Assembly (NCBI RefSeq): GCF_006345805.1
Contig: NC_043015.1
Span: 31,496,001-31,560,000, forward strand
Source: Octopus sinensis
Taxonomy: Eukaryota
Length of the DNA stretch: 64,000 bases
Direction of reading: 5' to 3'
Below, piece by piece: positions 11,690 through 24,174 of this stretch. How positions within the stretch are numbered: position 1 is the stretch's first letter; each line of letters begins with the position of its first letter. Under the pieces are notes generated by a model that was not told the origin of the DNA, did no database searches, and worked only from the letters and a program-made list of their open reading frames with translations. The translations under genes and the position numbers were made by a program.

Positions 11690-11935
11690 AAGTGTATCAC
11701 TTTCAGGTGTATTCTACAACCTACAGGCAAATATTGCAGACAGATCCCTTCACCCAGGCCATGCTAACTGTTGTCATCCATCTTTCAACAAATTTATTGA
11801 ACAGAAGCATCTCCCCTTCCACCTTCACTTTCCTCTTCAAGTAGAACTTGAAAACGTCAATGAGGGCTTCATTGAAGAGGAAAGCACTCATCTGAAGTAC
11901 TTCCATTTTCACCCTCCACACAAACCTCCTCCATC
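11690..11935 (-). mobile_element. Tx1/L1-like LINE C-terminal remnant
   Basis: Peptide LFNEALIDVFKFYLKRKVKVEGEMLLFNKFVERW; a homologous copy lies at about 14700-14850. Confidence 0.55.
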
Positions 11936-12280
11936 ACAATGACTAGATGGAGAAAAACTGTGTTTGACCAAATAAAGATGGTGTGGTGTTCATTATGATG
12001 GATGTAGGCCAATAACTAATTATATGTTATATTCTTTTAATAGTTTCAGTCATTTGACTGTGGCCATGCTGGAGCATCGCCTTTTAGTCGAGCAAATCGA
12101 CCCCAGGAATTATTCTTTGTAAGCCTAGTACTTATTCTATCGGTTCTTTTGCCAAACTGCTAAGTTACGGGGACGTAAACACACCAGCATCGGTTGTCAA
12201 TCAATATTGGGAGGACAAACACAGACACACAAATATATACACACACACATACATACATACATACATCATACATACATACA

Positions 12281-12313
<33 letters not shown>

Positions 12314-12320
12314 GCATACA

Positions 12321-12357
<37 letters not shown>

Positions 12358-13388
12358 ATAAATATAGGGATGGTATTATTAAAATATCATCACAAGTGGT
12401 AAGCGAATTATCAGCCGTACAGGCAAATTAATAAAATATATACATACAACATTAGATATGTACATACATACACAAGGGTACTACATGAGTACCTATATCG
12501 CTAAAAAATAGAAGTCGAAAAATACTTCTGTACCACCGAATAGTCACAAATCTATTTCAGACAAGATAGGAATATATATATATATATTATATATATATAT
12601 AATATATATATATACATACATATATACGATAGGCTTTTCTCAGTTTCCATCTACCAAATCTACTCACAAGGCTTTGGTCAGCCCGAGGCTATAGTAGAAG
12701 ACACTTGCCCAAGGTGCCACACAGTGGGACTGAACCCAGAACCATGTTGTTGGTAAACAAGCTACTTACCACACGGCCACTCCTACGCCTATGTACAACA
12801 ACAACTGTTGAACAATTGAAGGTCTGTGACTCAGCTAAAACAATGAAGGCATTTGCTTGTTCTGTAAGGCTTGTAACGTTCCAGTAGATTTAAATTCAAA
12901 ATGCATAGAGATGTAATTAAATACCGAAAGGTATTCCATCTTGTTTGACACTCTACCAATTCTGCTAACCTACACCCATAACTATATGTGTTAGTGTATA
13001 AAGCATGTAGGCAAGTTACTAAGGTAGGTGGTTAGACTACTGTCAAGCACCAACCATACTAACAGCTTACTGTGCACTGCAGGATCCAAGGTTCACGTTT
13101 TATATCTGAAATATAAGGCAACGCTATATTCCTGAGTGATTTGCTAAGCTTCAAAGGTCAATTTTTATTTGCCAACACATGCAGTGATAACAATAATAAT
13201 GGGTTTTTTTATTTAGGCAGAAAATGAACTATTTTGAGGGGAGGGGCTTAGTACCATCAACCCCCAGTAATAGACTGGAATTTTATTTCATCAACCTCAG
13301 AAGTATGTAAGAACAAAGTTGACCTCGAAGGGATTTGAGTTCAATTCATCTTTTCTGATGTTTTTATAGATTCTGCCAGCTCATCATC

Positions 13389-13389
13389 C

Positions 13390-13432
<43 letters not shown>

Positions 13433-13672
13433 GATAATAATAATAATGATAACAACAATAATAATAATAATAATAATAATGATAATAATGATAATAATGA
13501 TAATAACAATAATTATAATAATAATAATGATAATAATGATAATAATGATAATAACAATAATTATAATAATAATAATAACAACAACAACAACAACAATGAC
13601 AATGATAATGATAATAATAATAATAATAACAATAACAATAATAATATAATAATAATATAATAATAATAATAA
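13389..13672. repeat. (AAT)n/(GAT)/(AAC) trinucleotide microsatellite
   Basis: Direct reading. Confidence 0.95.
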
Positions 13673-14015
13673 TCCTTTCTACAATAGGCACGAAGCCTGA
13701 AATTTTGGGGGTGGGGTTAAGTCGATTATAGTGACCCCAGTACGTAACTGGTGTTTATTTCATCGACCCCGAAAGGATGAAAGGCAAAGTCAACCTCTGC
13801 GGAATATAATAATAATAATGATAATAATAATAATAATAATAATAATATATAATAATAATAATAATAATCCTTTCTACAATAGGCACGAAGCCTGAAATTT
13901 TGGGGGTGGGGTTAAGTCGATTATAGTGACCCCAGTACGTAACTGGTGTTTATTTCATCGACCCCGAAAGGATGAAAGGCAAAGTCAACCTCTGCGGAAT
14001 ATAATAATAATAATG

Positions 14016-14050
<35 letters not shown>

Positions 14051-14260
14051 TCTTTCTAACATAGGTAAAAGGCCTGAAATTTTGGGGAAGGGGGTTAGTC
14101 GATTTCATTGACCCCAGCGCTCAGCTGGTACTTATTTCATTGTCCCCAAAAAGATGAAAGTTAAAGTTGACCTCAGCAGAATTTGAACTCAGAACGTAAA
14201 GGTGGACAAAATGCCACAAAGCGTTTTGCCCAGCATGCTAACACTTCAGCCAGCTTGCTG
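13671..14260 (-). mobile_element. SINE family 2 copies, including an essentially exact 195-bp tandem duplication
   Basis: The SINE portions of 13671-13865 and 13866-14048 are identical, with (AAT)n linkers; a third diverged copy follows. Confidence 0.85.
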
Positions 14261-14550
14261 CTTTTGCTTCAAGAATATCACATGAGGTGTGTGTGGGGAG
14301 CAGGGTGCATTACAAGGACAGTTTACAATTTGTGTGGGAGTTTACATAAAAGATGAAGAGAAGAAAGGGAGAGGTAGGTGTGAAACATTAAAGTATACAT
14401 AGTATACAAAATATGTGAACATATCTATGATGCACTCCTTCTGATACAGGAGAACCTCCAACAAGGGCCAATCAAAGAATCCCACAGATCCAGGATCACC
14501 CTGGCCACCAGGCACACAAACCTTAGCCCCAAAAGTGGTTCTTCATTCTA

Positions 14551-14677
14551 CAGGGTGTCCACAAAATCTGGGTACATGGGGATTAACTCATACTTTAAGA
14601 AATTATTATTTCTTATATTTAATTCTTTATGTTATGATTTTATTTACTCCATGTACCCAGACTTTGTGGACACCCTG
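14551..14677. mobile_element. Tc1/mariner-type MITE, 127 bp
   Basis: 29-bp TIRs CAGGGTGTCCACAAAATCTGGGTACATGG / CCATGTACCCAGACTTTGTGGACACCCTG (1 mismatch), with TA on both flanks. Confidence 0.9.
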
Positions 14678-15074
14678 TACATGTGCATGCTTAGAATAGG
14701 TCCATTTACCCTAACCAGTTTTGCCACAGTCACCCACTTTTAACAAATTCACTGGGAGAGGGCATTTTCCTCTCCACTGTCACTTTCCTTTCCAAGTGGA
14801 ACTTCAAAAAGTCAATGAGGGCTTGACTGACGAGGGAGGCATTTTTCCTTAATCTTTTAATAATTACACTGATGGTTTTGCACAGAAATTTGTACAGCTA
14901 GTTATATAGTCAGTTATGTTCATAAAAGATTAAGCCAGCCTAGGTGCAAGGCCACAATTTCTTGGGGGGTCAGTGATGTAACAAATTGAATAGACACCTG
15001 TACATGATTGGGACTTATTTCATTAGATCAACTCTTGCAGGATTTGTACTCTTATTTAAAAGGTTTGTAATTAA

Positions 15075-15294
15075 CCCTTGAGCACTCAGATTACTTTATT
15101 AAATGCAATGCTTATCTATTCACATTGTCTTGAATTAACCATGGATTATCTTGTAGCTTTGAGATTTTGATGATGTAATAATATATTTTTAGAGTGAAGT
15201 TGTAGAGTGTGAATGAGAGGCCAGAACTGGTCAGTTTGGACATAAAATAGGTAGAATATTTTGGCTGGATATGGCCAGTTTAAATGCTAAAGGG
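15075..15294. mobile_element. piggyBac-type MITE A
   Basis: TTAA|CCCTT...AAGGG|TTAA; homologues lie at about 29487-29708 and 54670-54800. Confidence 0.75.
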
Positions 15295-15298
15295 TTAA

Positions 15299-15518
15299 CC
15301 CTTTCGTTACCAACCCAAATGAAACCAGCTCTGGCTCTGAGTACAAATGTCTTATTTTCAAAAGTTTTGAATTAAAATCTTCCACCAAACTTTAGTCACA
15401 ATTTATGTTCCTAACACCAGCTGAATGATGACTAAGTTATTTTACTAAATTCTTTGTTATATTTAAAGTAATTGAAAGAAATACAGAGCATCTCAAAATA
15501 AATACAGTAAAAAAAGGG
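15299..15518. mobile_element. piggyBac-type MITE B
   Basis: TTAA|CCCTTT...AAAGGG|TTAA; an inverted homologue lies at 39626-39846. Confidence 0.8.
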
Positions 15519-16449
15519 TTAATACTATAAGTTATATTAGTCTGGTTCTTTGCAAACTTTAGCATTAATCATCCCCAAATTTAGGGGTAGGTTATAGTTG
15601 ATTTGATTTACCTGAGTACTTGACTGCTAATTTATTTTACTGGTAGTGGTAAGACGAACAACAAATTTGACTTTGCTTAGATTTGAACTTAGAAATGGAA
15701 AAAGCTATGACTAAATATGGATTCATGTGAGTGTGTGTGTGTATGGGTGTGTATAAATGTGAGTCATTTAGATGTACGTGTGTGTACATGAGTATGAAGG
15801 GAGGGACGTTGTGTGTGTATGGGATGTGTGTGGGTGTGTGTGTGGGTGTGTACATGAGGAGGTATCATATGTTAATGGGGATTCTGTGTAGAGGGATGTT
15901 GTGTGTGTATGGGACACTTGTGTGTATATATGTATGTGTGCATGTGAGTGTCATTTTGATGAGTATATGTGTGCATGCATGTGTACTTGACATTTGAGCA
16001 TGTCTGTATGTGTGTGTGTTTTGTCATCATTGTAACCATTTTTTATCAATACAACATCAGAAATTAAATAGAAAGAAAAGAAAATGCTTGCCAAATGATA
16101 TTGTAGCTGAAACAAGTTGCTGTTACATTTTTAAGTTTAGGAGCCATCAGTAGAAAGCCATCAACTCATCAAAATCTCGTCACTAAAAAACTGCTAAAGA
16201 AATTAGAAACGTTATCTTTTGGTCTGTGTTTCTTTAACTAAACAATAAAATGCTCTCAGACGCCTGTTTGGGTTTTGTTTTCAGTTTCCACTGTTATTCT
16301 AGTAGCATTTAACTGTCTTTTAGATGTATGTAAATAATGTTTTTCTGCGAAATACATTCTAATGATGTTGGGTGGATGACTCAACTGGCAAGTTTAGCAG
16401 ATATGGACTCTATATAGGATAGTGCATCGCTGTCAACTGGGTGTATAGG

Positions 16450-16870
16450 GTATATTAGATGCTGACTGGGTGAATACAATGTGTAGATGTCGACTGGGCA
16501 AAAACTGTGAATGGATGTTGACCAGATGAATGCAGTGTGCAGATGTCATTTGGACAGGCACAGTGTATAGATGTTGACCAGATGAATACAGTGTGTAGAT
16601 GTCAACTGGACAGGCACAGTGTATAGATGTTGACCAGATGAATGCAGTGTGTAGATGTCAACTGGACAGGAACAATGTATAGATGTTGACCAGATGAATA
16701 CAGTGTATAGATGTTGACCAGATGAATACAGTGTGTAGATGTCAACTGGACAGGTACAATGCATAGAAGTTGGCTGGATGAATATAGTGTGTAGATGCTA
16801 ACTGAACAGGTAGAGTGTATAGATTTCGATTGGACAGGTTGAGTGTGTAGATTTTGACTGGATAGTCTAT
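16450..16870. repeat. 28-bp minisatellite with alternating A/B unit variants
   Basis: A = AGATGTTGACCAGATGAATACAGTGTGT (16569-16596); B = AGATGTCAACTGGACAGGCACAGTGTAT (16597-16624). Degenerate units continue at 18322-18440. Confidence 0.9.
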
Positions 16871-17033
16871 AAAATTGAATGATATAGTGTCTTGGTATTG
16901 ACTTGTTTGGTATAGTAGCTGCATATTGATTGAATTGAGTGACTTGTGTGTTAATTGTTGACAGATAGTGATACATTGTCTGAATGTTGAGGGAATAGAC
17001 AAAATGAGTAGAGTTGATATAAAAGAAACAAAG

Positions 17034-18318
17034 TATAAGAAATTCCCATAAATAATGGATTTTTTTAATACTCCTTTTATTTTTCAAAATTAAGATAAAG
17101 TTCTTTTTTAATCTAAAATATACTCTCCTTCATTTTCTACAATGCTCTTCCATCTATCTGGTAGGCTTGCAAGGTCCTGCTGCCAAAATTCACTTGTCCG
17201 TCATGAAAAACACTCCTCCAATACTGTTCTGACCTTGTTGACAGAATTCATATTTTTTTCCAACCAAATGATTTTGAAAACTGCAGAATAAATGATAATC
17301 AGATGGGGCAATGTCTCATGAATATGGTGGGTGGGGCATCGTTTCGCATTCAAACTGCTCCAGCCTTTGGAAATGTCATCCTCGCTATATGTGGCTGAGC
17401 ATTATCCTGATGGGAGAACACCTTTCATCTTGCAACCAGAGATGGTCATTTTCCTTCTAGCACTGGTTTAAGCTGCTCAGGCTGCTCACAGTAGATCTCT
17501 TTTGTTATCGTTTGGTTTGGAATTAAAAGTTCAAAGTAGACTAAACCTTCCATATCCCATCAAACAGATAACAACACCTTATGTGGCTGAAGACCTCCTT
17601 TATCCTGGGGTGCCAGTGTTTCTCCTTTCTGTACCCACTGTCTTCGGTGCTTCATATTTTTATAGAGAACCCACTTCTTGTCACCAGTCACTATTCAGTC
17701 CAAAAAGGGTTCATTTGTGAGATGTGATAACAAAGAAGAGCACACATTCACTTTCTGTGCATGATTAGACACAGAAAGTTTGTGAGGAACATATTGACCC
17801 AATTTGCTAATTTTTCTGACGGCATGCAGGTGTCGATGAATGGTTGCATGACCAAATCCAAGCTTCTCTGCTAGTTCCTCAACAGTTATAATGGGATTTT
17901 GTTCCACCCAGGTTTGCAGGACATTCTCATTGAGTTTCACAGACTTTTGAGGATGAGGCTTATCTTCTAGGCTGTAGTTTCCGGCTCAAAATATCTGGAA
18001 TCACCGTTGACACTGGCTTATGCTTATTGTCCAATCCCCATATACTGCATTAATTATTCCTCGCTCTTTCCATTGTGTTGTTGCCTTTATTGAACTCATA
18101 AAGCAAAATATGCCGAGTATACTCCTTTGTTACTTCCATTATAGCTTTGAAAAAATAACTGTTAAGATCGAACTGCACTCTCCAAAACTTACACTAAGAA
18201 TAAGCACAAGGTAAAATTACTCCCTGCTTTTATAGCAAGTTGATGCAGGTAGTCCCCCTTCGACTTTCAATTCATTCAATTGAAAAACCCCCCACATTAT
18301 TTATGGGATGACCCAATA
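17034..18318 (-). mobile_element. Full-length decayed mariner element (about 1.28 kb)
   Basis: TIR core TCCCATAAATAATG at 17044 and inverted at about 18294-18307 (ending ...GATGACCCAATA). Transposase remnants INAVYGD, ITVEELAEKLG...GQYVPHKL...NEPFLD and PHPPYS*DIAPSDYHLF. Confidence 0.9.
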
Positions 18319-19134
18319 TTTAGATGTTGATAGAATACACAGTGTAGATGTTAACAGTATAAACAAAGTGTGTATGTGTTGATGGAGCAGCTAAAGGATG
18401 TGGATGCTGACAGAATTGATGCTGTGTTTTGATGTTCACTTGCTTCTTGCTACAAATTTATCTTTCTATATAACTTAGGTAAGCCGTTTATTCAGAGTTG
18501 AGCATCCATATGGTATTTTCTCACTGTTCCATGAAGAGTGCACAGCTAAATCGGATCCGGAGACTAACACAATTAGAAAGGGTGCCAGACTATTCCAAAA
18601 CCAACAAACTTTATTTTCTAACATTTAACTCAACAAATAGGCTTCTCATTGACATCATAACCATCACCACCACTATCACCACTACCACCTTCATTAATAC
18701 TTAAACTACAGCTACCTTCATGACTATGACCACCACCACCACCACAACAATAACAACAACAACATGCATGGAATACTTTTGATCATAGGCTTCCTTCTCA
18801 ATCAAGGATGACCTGGTGCTAAATCTATATACCAACAGCAAAACTAGACTTAGAATTCTCAGATTCTCAAGCCAAATAAAAGCCCTAAATTTCTCCTATT
18901 CTATATCCTCCCCAATCCAGTTCCATTTCATATAACCCCTCCCACAATCCATATCCCATGTATAAACCCTCTTATAAGAAATCATAAGAAGGGAATTCTA
19001 GGCTTCATCAAAACTCATAAAATTGTTATTCTCACTGGTTGAGACAATTAGCTGTAAAATAGGTACTGTGGGATACCTACATTACATCACTGCTTAATTA
19101 AGGTGTGTTTTTGTTAACCATCTGATAATGATAG

Positions 19135-19500
19135 CGGGTGGTGGTGGTGGTGGTGGTAGAGGTGATGGAAGTGCTAAATTAGTTGAATTGATAATACTAT
19201 TAATGGTGGTGGTGATGCAATGGTGATGATAATGGTAGTGGTGATGATGATAATGATGATACAAGTGATGTTGGATGGAGGTGACTGAGTTAATAACAGT
19301 GGTGATGATGGCAGAATAGTGATGAGAATGAGGGTGGTGGTGGTGGTGGTGGTGGTGGTGTGGTGGTAGTGGTGGTGGTGGTGGTGGTAGTGGTAATGAT
19401 GGTAGTGGTGTTGGTAATGATGGTAGTGGTGGTGGTGGTAGTGGTGTTGGTAATGATGGGAGTGGTGGTGATGTTTGTTAAGGTGGTAGTGATACTTGGT
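19135..19500. repeat. (GGT)/(GAT) trinucleotide low-complexity tract
   Basis: Direct reading. Confidence 0.9.
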
Positions 19501-19869
19501 GCATATATCTATCTCTTCTGTCTGTGCCTCCCCTCCAATTTGACCTGTAGTTCAACATGATGATGATGATGATGATAACGATATTTGTACACCTGATGCA
19601 CTGCTCTGACCTCTACCGGAGAGGGTAAGATGGAAATGGTCCAGCTGGGAAAAGAGGCTGGTTTTTTTTTTCCCCTCTATAAATAAGATCTGCAAACATT
19701 TCAGGAAGGTTTCTTCTGGTAGACGCCTTCCCCCCACCCCGGGGTAGGGATGATGATGGTGGTGATGACGGTGATGACGGTGGTGAGAGCAGTGGCGACA
19801 GTGTGTTTATAGCTTTTGTTTAGCTTCAAAGTCCTACCAGCAGAAAAGCATGTAAATGTTATGTATATC

Positions 19870-19947
19870 TATGTATGTATGTACGACGACACATGTATGT
19901 ATGTATGTGTGTATGTGTGTATGTGTGTATGTATGTATGTGTGTGTG

Positions 19948-19979
<32 letters not shown>

Positions 19980-20124
19980 TGTATGTATGTATGACGACAT
20001 ATGTATGTATGTATGTGTGTATGTATGTATGTATGTATGTGTGTGTATATGTATGTATGTGTGTATGTACGTATGTAATGTATGCATGTATGTGTGTGTG
20101 TGTGTGTTTGTGTGTGTGTGTATG

Positions 20125-20155
<31 letters not shown>

Positions 20156-20181
20156 ATGTATGTATGTATGTATGTATGTGA

Positions 20182-20229
<48 letters not shown>

Positions 20230-20235
20230 ATGCAC
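19870..20235. repeat. (TATG)n/(TG)n compound microsatellite
   Basis: Direct reading; similar blocks lie at 12245-12350, 43845-44110 and 63213-63530. Confidence 0.95.
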
Positions 20236-20344
20236 ATACACACAGACATGACAGAAGTAAATAGACAGACACCCTTATAATCATTAAAATTTCTTTAAAT
20301 CTGAAATTATACATTCAAATTATTAATTGTTATAACGTGACTAT

Positions 20345-20822
20345 TTGATATTCAGTAGACATGCCCTTTGCATTTTTCAATGCAAGGGCCCTATTAGGCA
20401 TGTCACTGATCAGATGACAAGTATTCTCTTGCGGAATTTCTTGCCAAGTTTCATGCGGTCATCTCAAAAGATTTGGCTTTGAAGATGCTTTCTTGTTCTT
20501 TATATGAAGTGTCCTGTCCATTATACCCAAGAAGTGTTCAATAGGGTTCATATCTGGTGACTGGCTTGGCCATGGAAGCTTTTTAATGCCATTCTCATCC
20601 AACAAATCTTGGGTCATTTTAGAGTGTGTGACAAGGAGCCCCATCATCCATAAATAAAGAGTCTTCTTTAATCATTTCTCCACTGGAGAAGATTGGAAGG
20701 AGTCCATTCTTCAGTATGGACACATACTTATCTGAGTTTATGTTTCCCTCACACTCCACCAGCTCTGATCAACCATTGTACCAAATTGCTCCCCAGACCA
20801 TCACAGAATAGCTGCCATGTTT

Positions 20823-20823
<1 letters not shown>
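20345..20823 (-). mobile_element. Tc1-family transposase remnant
   Basis: Peptides [18 protein letters not shown] and LPWPSQSPDMNPIEH; truncated by a (TA)n tract at 20825. Confidence 0.85.
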
Positions 20824-20904
<81 letters not shown>

Positions 20905-20969
20905 CATACATACATTTGTGGAGGCGCAATGGCCCATATATACACACACACATATATATATATATACTT

Positions 20970-21140
20970 AAGCGGTGCAGCAATATCAAAGGAAGGCTAA
21001 CTGGGAAGATAGTTTTTGTGTGTGGCCAATGCTCAGGGGTAATAAACACTGAAAATGTGCAGAGAACAGCTTCTGTCGCATTTCAAGGAGAAAAACTAGA
21101 AGTAGTTGATAGCTTCCGTTTCCTAGGTAACCAAGCTAGT
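20970..21140 (+). mobile_element. RTE-like reverse transcriptase fragment
   Basis: Peptide FVCGQCSG...[14 protein letters not shown] (RT C-terminal FxYLG motif). Confidence 0.6.
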
Positions 21141-21403
21141 TGACCTAGTAGAAATAGCAGCCAGATATCACACTAAATACACCCTACCATGTTAAGTGCG
21201 TGCATGAGTGCACAGACACACAAGGGCACACACATACATTGGATTATGCTTGAAAAAATTTGGAAGGGTCATAACAGGAATCTCTTTGTTTATACATTTC
21301 CTCAATCAAGGTTGACTTGGGGATAATTTATAATGACAGCAACAATAAAAAACAAATTTATTTTCTGGATTTTTCACAATTTTCCTTTTTGTTTTTTCTT
21401 TAG

Positions 21404-21688
21404 ATGTGACAACAGAGAAGAACTCTTATGTCGTTGGAGATTCAGTCACTATATACTGTATTTGTACCGACAAAAGTTTGTTACAAGATAGAAACCTGTA
21501 CTTTTTTGACTTGAAAAGTGACAAGCATTTCATCGACTCCAATGAGACAATACTCAATACATCTATTGGTAAAACTGCCATAATACTAACACTGACCAAT
21601 GTTACTGAAGGGAATTACGCAGTTGCTTGTCGTTTGACCAATGATACTGACCAGCTTCGTCTTGGAACAGTTTCCTTTGATGTTGGAT
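21404..21688 (+). CDS. gp130/Domeless-like cytokine receptor gene, exon A (Ig-like domain)
   Basis: Polypyrimidine tract and AG at 21402-03; GTAAGT donor at 21689; phase 1-1. Encodes DVTTEKNSYVVGDSVTIYC...GNYAVACRL...SFDVG with an Ig Cys pair. Confidence 0.9.
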
Positions 21689-22251
21689 GTAAGTAGTTTA
21701 TTATTCATTGTTAATAGTTTTTTTTTCTGTTGTACATATAACTGCGAAAGTATATAACCTAGAGGTTAGAGTGTTTGGCTCATGATCACTAGGTTGTAGG
21801 TTCAATTCCTGGACCAGGTGGTGCATTGAGTCCTGGTGCAAAGGCATTTCATTTCATGTTACTCCTGCCTCCTTGGCAAAATATGTACCCTTTTGCCAAG
21901 TTCTAACAAAAAGTTAGTGAAATATTTATAATGTTTACAGTTGGATAGATAGACAAATATAACAAAATAATTTGACAAAAAATGTGAATTTTTAATTATT
22001 TTCTGAGATTTTACAAAAACAACAAAAATATTATTAAAAAAAAACAACAATGAGCACAAGCCAGGTGTTAGTGCGGCTCTCTTCCTTCGGCTGTTACATC
22101 CTGGATATACCACTGGGTCAATAGTGAGAGACCTGAGAGAGTGGCTGTGTCTGCTTTTGATTACATAGGCACCTAAAACAATTAACAAAAGCATGGTGTA
22201 TGTCATCAAGCCATACTCACTAATGAATGACAGCTGGCTGTACTTTGTACA

Positions 22252-22581
22252 TCTCTCTCTTTATATAAATGGCAAAATGTCTGTCTGTGTGTGTGTCCTT
22301 TATGCAAATCACACTTTCTATGGTCATTCAAAACCGTCCAAGGGTGGTCGTGCACATCTTTACATTTCCCCAGTCATTAAAAAATCAATAGAAGTGACTT
22401 TTTTGTGAATTTTCTATCCAAAACCCAATCAAAATGCCCGAAACTTGATATGCCAATTGAATGCCAGCTAGCTGTATGCGATTGGCCAGAGATTTGGACA
22501 GTACTCGCGTGTATGTGCGCACGCAGCTGTATATGCATGTACTAGCACTATGACCCGGCAATGCCGGGGTCATAGTGCTAG
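22252..22581 (+). mobile_element. Non-autonomous Helitron, 330 bp
   Basis: A|TCTCTCTCTTTATATAAAT 5' end; CCGGC-AAT-GCCGG hairpin; CTAG|T 3' end. Confidence 0.8.
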
Positions 22582-24174
22582 TCTATAATAATTGATAGTA
22601 AAAAGCCCACTGCTGCTAATCACAAGCAAGTATGATTTAGTAGCATGTACTGTCTTTTTAGGTACCTTTATAGTCATGAGCAGACATCAACAGTCTCTCT
22701 GTTTTTCCATCCTTTGCCCTGTGGGACTTTGAGAGTGTCTCAGCTGGAAGGATAGAGCTCTAGGCTGCTTCTTATTTCAGTGGAGTACACTGGAGCAATG
22801 AGAAATGAAGTGCCTTACTCAAGAAATACCTGATAGAGGGATTGAACCCATGACTGCAAGATCTTTAGCTCAATACTCAAATCACTAGGCCATGTTTGTA
22901 TATTAAAATGATTGTTAGTTTTATCTTTTGTGTTCAAATCTCATCGACGCCAACTTTGCTTTGTACAATTAATCGAATTATAAATGAACATGACCCAATT
23001 CATAGAAAAGTCAAACAATAAACGAGGGTGATTTTCAATGTAAAAAAGATATTTGATATTGAAAGCATCAATTTGACATAGAAAAAAGAAACTGGGTTAT
23101 TCAGATAATTCTCAAAATTGGTGTTTATAGTATCTAAAATCACTTTCCTGGTTGAGATATGAAATGATCAGGGAAAGATACTGTGGGATGTGAGGATTGT
23201 AAAATGAGATGGTGTTTGAAAGTGGAATGGGTTAGGAGAGCGCATTCATTGGAAAGCATTGTTTAAGAATGAAAACAGTCTCATTAACTTTTATCAATTT
23301 GACTTTTCTACAAATTGTGGTTACGTTTGTTTATAAATCTGATTAATTATATAAGCCGATCAAAATTTCAAAGAAAATCTTGTAAAAATTTTTCAGGGAA
23401 ATGTTTACAGTTTAAACATTTCAGTAAAATGTTTCGTCTTCTTGGGTAATGTTTTATCATAAAAAATTCCAGTGATATGATTATCAGTGAACTTTAGTTT
23501 AAACGGTTATCAAAATACAAAACTAAAAGCATAAAAGATAAACACGCTCATTTCTAAGAATTCTAACACTGGAATTGATTTTTTTGAGTTCTTTTCACCA
23601 CCACCACCACTGCTGCCGCCGCCACCACCACCACCATTATCATTGTTTAATGTCTTTTTTCCATGCTGGCATGGGTTGGATGGCTTGACAGAAACTGTTA
23701 AGATCAGGGACCATACCTGGTTCCAAAGTCTGTTTTGGCTTGGTTTCTATGGCTGGACACCCTTCCAAACACCAACCACTACACAGAGTGTACTTGGTGC
23801 TTTTATGTAGCACTAATCACCAGTGCTTTTTAAGTGGTACCAGCACCAGTGCTTTTTTAAATTTTTTAATTTGTTCTGGAAGAATTTGATCTGGAAGAAG
23901 AGTCTATGTCCTTAGTCTTTGTAGGCCCTCAGAAACCTGTCTCACTGGTTTCTGAGGGAAAACGGTACTAGGGAAGGAATTCCAAATTGCTAGTATACTG
24001 TGGAAGAATGACTGGAAGAAGCTAGAGCCGTGAACCTAATATTGATATAATTGGTGTGAAGAGAGAAAAATCAAGTGAGTTGGAAATGCGTGAGAAGAGA
24101 TTAAAGTCTACCTGTTTGTTTGTATTATAGGAAAGGATCGTGTGACATTCACACTTTTTCCCAGAGGTATCAGC

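Noticed and set aside
16141-16324. Possible signal-peptide exon of the receptor (..PVWVLFSVSTVILVAFNCLLD, GTATGT donor)
   Set aside because: There is an in-frame stop upstream with no ATG, and the donor is phase 0 while exon A needs phase 1. A second candidate ending at 18478 (GTAAGC) also lacks an open ATG frame.
16450-16870. CRISPR-like regularly spaced 28-bp repeats
   Set aside because: Units are contiguous with no unique spacers, there are no cas genes, and the context is eukaryotic.
21760-21815. tRNA-like sequences here and at 31690-31756 and 60290-60362
   Set aside because: A/B boxes are present but there is no complete cloverleaf or acceptor stem; they are SINE heads.
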